Shown: positions 59,917 to 64,000 of the stretch, one piece after another
Numbering within the stretch: the first letter of the stretch is position 1
How the letters are laid out: the number at the start of each line of letters is the position of its first letter
DNA from: Yuukianura sp. NJ FZ-2021
Lineage: Eukaryota
Direction of reading: 5' to 3'
DNA: 64,000 nucleotides
NCBI GenBank assembly: GCA_046563655.1
Contig: CM102286.1
Coordinates: forward strand, 10,106,001 to 10,170,000
Notes under the pieces: generated by a model
The model's database searches: none
The model's input: the letters and a program-made list of their open reading frames with translations, nothing else
Told to the model about the DNA's origin: nothing
Program-made: the position numbers and the translations under genes

Positions 59917-60498
59917 TACAAGAGGATATAACCCACGATGTAACTACCTGCCTGCATGCAGGGTATCAGTGGCAAATAAGTAAATGACAAGAACGGATGG
60001 TTCCCAGAACCGGTTCTCGTTAAATACAACAACACTAAAGCTAAGTTACTAAACTAATATAAAAAGAGTCTAACTACAAAATTAGTTGTCGATACGCAAG
60101 CGAATTAAACAAAACGTTTTGTTCTAGCGACAAAACTAGTCGCAAAAGTTCGAAGAAAAACACTTTACAGGCGATAATTTGATACTCCTTTGGGGGTTTA
60201 TGTAGTAAAAATAAGATAAAACCCTCAATTGAGAAAGAAAAAGTTCGAATTTCCCGCACAAACGGTTCCCGGTTCTTTCAACCTGAAGGATCCGGATCCG
60301 CAGTAATGGCGGTTCCCGGTTCCCAGATGAGCTAGGAGCAGATCGGGATCCGAAGTAGCGGTTCCTTCTTTTAGGAAGAACGGAACCGGATCGGGATTTG
60401 GAACCGCGGTTCAGGGAACCGTTAGGATCCGAGATCCGTGAAACTCTATTTAAGATGCTCAAATTATTTTTTGTGTTATAGTTTGTAAACGAAGTTAA

Positions 60499-62384
60499 TT
60501 AAATACTCTCCAGCGTCCAATGGCAGTTGAAGTCATTCTGTGGGCCAAGACGCAACGATGTCTCCAAAACGGTTGTTTCACTGGCATATGAATTTACGCC
60601 GTACTTTTTAGGCTTTTGACAAAGTGATTTAGTAACTCCGGTAGAAGCGGTTTCAATTTTGAAAGCCATGTCATTTGCGCGTTTTCTAACCGGAACGAGT
60701 CTCCAATTGAAATTTTCACTTTGAGGTTCAGAACTAATGAAGACGCTGTTCCTGCCGCTTCTGCTCAAGCTCCATGTGTGTTCGGGGTCATCTATCTTAC
60801 GCACAATCTTAAAAAGCGTGGAATTGAAGCTTCCGCCAATGGGTTTGATATCCCACCTAAAATTGAAACGTTTGAATTTTTTGCTTTTGGATTGGATTTT
60901 TACGAAATTTGCAAAGAAACTTAATGGATTGTCAAAAAGTTTACATTTGACGTACCCACAGTGGTCAGCTATAATCAAACCTTCTTCTTTCACGGTTGCG
61001 ACTTCTTGGTCTGCGTCACTGTCCACCGGCCATAGGAACTCCCTTTCTCGAAGGTAAAACCCGCTTTCTTGGTTGCGGATGCAGATACCCGTAGTTCCCC
61101 AGAACAAATTTTGGATTTGCTTTGGGAAAGCGTTTCGCGTTGCCTGAGACGCTTGGCTGACACGAGAGGCGTAGGCGAGCTGAATCGTACGCGCAGACGC
61201 CATTCCACCAAAGCTGGTGGGAATGAGATCCTGGGTGACTTAAGATCCAGTAGATATGACCAAAATTGGAGTCCATAGCTGCTGCATTTGGAAACAGTTT
61301 TTCAGTGACGTCGGCCAGAAGAAGGTGAAGGTCACTGAGATCTCTTCCAGTGAGGTCAATGATTGGATCCACGTTGTGATACTGTATGCTTCGTGCCAAA
61401 AAGTCTATTTCTTTGGGTCTGATATTTGCCTGACGAAAACGAAGTCCATGACAAGTTTTCAAAATTGTTAGAAAAGAATCGTGGCATACATTTTTCAGCA
61501 GATATTATCCACAGAATTCTAATTTACTGCGAGTATTAAAATCTTACCTTAAGTTGTTCGTCGACATGATAAATTCTCTGCACTACCTGGCCATGGTTAG
61601 TACGAAATTCTCGAATGCAGTTGCTGAGCTCTTCATTTCCTCCTTCTTCTCCCAAAAACTTTGACCTTGCTTTCAATTTTTCAATTGACCTTAAAAGGTC
61701 GCCCAGTTGAACATTACCGCTACCTCCGTTCAAATTTTGTCTTTCGAAATCAGCGACGTCCTTGTCTAATTTGCTCAGAACTTCCCTCAATCCTACCGTA
61801 GTTTCCGCGCACTTTATTGCATCTTGAATGCAATGTGTCTCAAGGCCTAATGTCGACTCAGAACAGTCGGAATTTGTAGCGTCATGCTCAAACTTTGAAA
61901 TTTCTTCTAACAACTGCTGCGTGATTCCTGTCGTCCAAACTTTGAACTTTGATTTCAATAAGTCCTGTTGTTCCTGCTGCCAAATTGTTAACTGCTGTAC
62001 AGTAATGTTAGCCTGTTCGTGGTATCCTAAACGCAGACAAAAAATATTTTTGTAATTTAAAATTATTTGAGAGTAACTTACTCAAACTTCCAATATTGAG
62101 TTAAGTCAACTAAAGTTCTGCGCATTTTATACCATCTTGAATGTTCAAAATGGAGGAACTCCAGGTTTCGAAAATTTCCTCTTGCCATTGTTTTAGTAGA
62201 GTTTCAAACCGACCATGTTGATATATTTGCCATTCAGTTGGTTCTACTGAAAACACTTCAATTTAAAAACAAAAGTGTTAGGAGAAGAGGTGTTGAAGTA
62301 ACTTGTAAAATTTTAAAAAGACAAATATGTTATACCTGCTTGATGAGTTAATGCAAACAAGAAAATTCCAAATACAACGATCAT
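60499..62384 (-). pseudogene. Multi-exon putative secreted-protein gene with apparent frameshifts; function unknown
   Basis: Signal-peptide exon MIVVFGIFLFALTHQA followed by gt donor. Internal repeat IQDGIKCAE/IQDAIKCAE. Frame breaks near 62120 and between ORFs 61462-61016 and 61203-60499. Confidence 0.55.
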
Positions 62385-62902
62385 TGTTAATATCTAATGT
62401 GATAAAATATCTGATGTGAAAAACGAGTAAACCACGAACTAGTACGTTGCAACTTCTACTAGAGACTGCCTGTTAAGGTTGTGCAAAATAAAAAAAAAAC
62501 AGGTTACCAAAGGTCAGGTCACTTTCTGATATTATGTCCTCATCCCCATCCGTCGCGAGTTCTGTGATACAAATAAAAACTTTTTCTTGGAAACAAATCA
62601 GCGCTCCCTTCCTGACCGACGCTTGAAAAAAGCATAAGTAAAGCATAGGTGATTCGATAAACATTATCATACTCTAATTGACGAGTGTTGGTCCTTCCCA
62701 ATGTTAACAGCATGACCATGCAAACTATATGTGCAAAAAACTCTCTATGTGTGGAAGAGTGGAAAGATTCAGGGGTGTCCCTTTTCCATTACTCCTCCAA
62801 GCACAGACTTCCAAAAATTCCATCTCAACTCAATCAGAGCACAAAAAAGGGGGGGTCTGTGGGGGCTTGCCCCCCCAGCCTCATCAATACATTTTCGATT
62901 CA

Positions 62903-63054
62903 ACTAGACAGAACCCGTGATGTGTACACATCACGAAATTACCTAGGTCATACCTCGGGTCAAACGAAAAAGCTAGCGGATTTTTGACAAAATGTTCAAA
63001 TTCATCCTTCCTTCATGTCATCGTGATGTGTAAACATCACGGGTTCCGTCTAGT
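62903..63054. mobile_element. Short element with inverted hairpin+CTAG ends (Helitron 3'-end-like)
   Basis: actagac.gaacccgtgatgt.tacacatcacga at left is the inverse of tcgtgatgtgtaaacatcacgggttccgtctagt at right. Each end is a hairpin about 10 nt from CTAG. Confidence 0.6.
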
Positions 63055-63109
63055 ATACAATAAACCGGTTGTAAACCGCGCATAACGAAATAGCTCAAGC
63101 CAATAGATG

Positions 63110-63490
63110 GTTTTCCCCCAGGTGGGGAATGTGGGGGTGGGTACTCACTCTTTTTCCCTATTCTTCCCCGTTTCCCCTACATTCCCCACCATTTCCCACA
63201 TTCACACGCCCCTCCCCCCTCGGAAGAGTGGGGGGTGGGTTCCCCCCACCCCCGGGGGAGTGGGAGTGGGTTTCCCCACTTTCCCGCATCTCCGTGGGGG
63301 AATGGGAGTGTTCCCCCACTTTTTCGCTCCGCACCCCAGGGAGCGCGGCGGTGTGTTCCCCCACTTTTCCGCCCTTCCGCCCCCCCGGGTAGTGGGGGTG
63401 GGTTCCCCCCACTATTCGGCCTCTTCCCCCGGGGGAGTGGGGGAGGGTTCCCCCACTTTTCCGCCCCCCCCCCGGGGGAGTGGAGGGTGT
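63110..63490. repeat. GC-rich low-complexity repeat of G-runs and C-runs
   Basis: Repeated ccccgggggagtggg and ttccccactttt units. Confidence 0.75.
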
Positions 63491-63593
63491 GGCGTTTTGG
63501 GAACAGTCCCACTCCCAACCGCCAAGGATAGAGGTGTATGGAATGGACAGTGCCTGTTATGGTAGCCTTCCGATTCTATCCTGTGCAGATTGT

Positions 63594-63665
63594 GACTCGA
63601 TAGCTTAAGGGTTAGAGCTGTCTCCCCGGATTGGAGAAGGCGTGGGTTCGAATCCCACTCGGTCA
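63594..63665 (+). ncRNA. tRNA-like/SINE-head sequence, copy 1
   Basis: A-box-like TAGCTTAAGGG, B box GGTTCGAATCC, stems TCTCC/GGAGA and GTGGG/CCCAC, followed by a T run. Anticodon loop CCGGATT is non-canonical. Confidence 0.7.
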
Positions 63666-63881
63666 CTTATTTTTTCTGCACTGTCATCGTGTGTCTCTCA
63701 AGCTATGTGAGCCCTGATCCCTCACATATGGTGCCGAAAGCCGGGAAGGCAGTGAGGGGGCTTGAGGGGCGGGTGATGTGGCGTTTGGGAACAGTCCCAC
63801 TCCCAACCGCCAAGGATAGAGGTGTATGGAATGGACAGTGCCTGTTATGGTAGCCTTCCGATTCTATCCTGTGCAGATTGT

Positions 63882-63953
63882 GACTCGATAGCTTAAGGGT
63901 TAGAGCTGTCTCCCCGGATTGGAGAAGGCGTGGGTTCGAATCCCACTCGGTCA
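63882..63953 (+). ncRNA. tRNA-like/SINE-head sequence, copy 2
   Basis: Identical to copy 1, 288 bp downstream. Confidence 0.7.
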
Positions 63954-64000
63954 CTTATTTTTTCTGCACTGTCATCGTGTGTCTCTCAAGCTATGTGAGC

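Noticed and set aside
60255..60445. ggatcc/cggttc-rich patch and its 108-aa ORF
   Set aside because: Probably a small repeat remnant; termini undefined and the ORF is a compositional artefact.
63107..63954. Gly/Pro-rich ORFs and a canonical tRNA-Ser(GGA) call
   Set aside because: ORFs arise from GC-rich repeats; the tRNA-like sequence lacks canonical anticodon-loop bases and the Ser variable arm.

Overview
AT-rich eukaryotic DNA, arthropod-like from gene content and short introns; species not determinable. 1-7.7 kb (minus) is the 3' part of an LTR retroelement: a PPT plus LTR start at 398, preceded by four tightly packed paralogous glycoprotein genes of the class III fusogen type (herpes gB/chuvirus G-like). 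One is full length and membrane anchored, broken by two 1-nt frameshifts; three are truncated and lack a transmembrane segment. No gag-pol or 5' LTR is visible for this element. 11.6-17.0 kb (minus) is a complete, recently inserted Ty3/gypsy-like element (382-bp LTRs, ACACC target duplication) with gag, a -1 frameshifted protease and env-like remnants but no RT/RNase H/integrase. Host genes: an intronless Pat/YncA-like GNAT acetyltransferase (possible bacterial HGT), a Prop/unc-42-like PRD-class homeobox gene, a two-exon DM4/DM12-like gene, a soluble adenylyl cyclase (ADCY10-like) and a frameshifted secreted-protein gene. Other repeats: an intact BEL/Pao retrotransposon just upstream of the cyclase, a foldback element, MITE/Helitron-like pieces and a tandem tRNA-like unit at the end. 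All calls are by-eye motif recognition; no searches were run.
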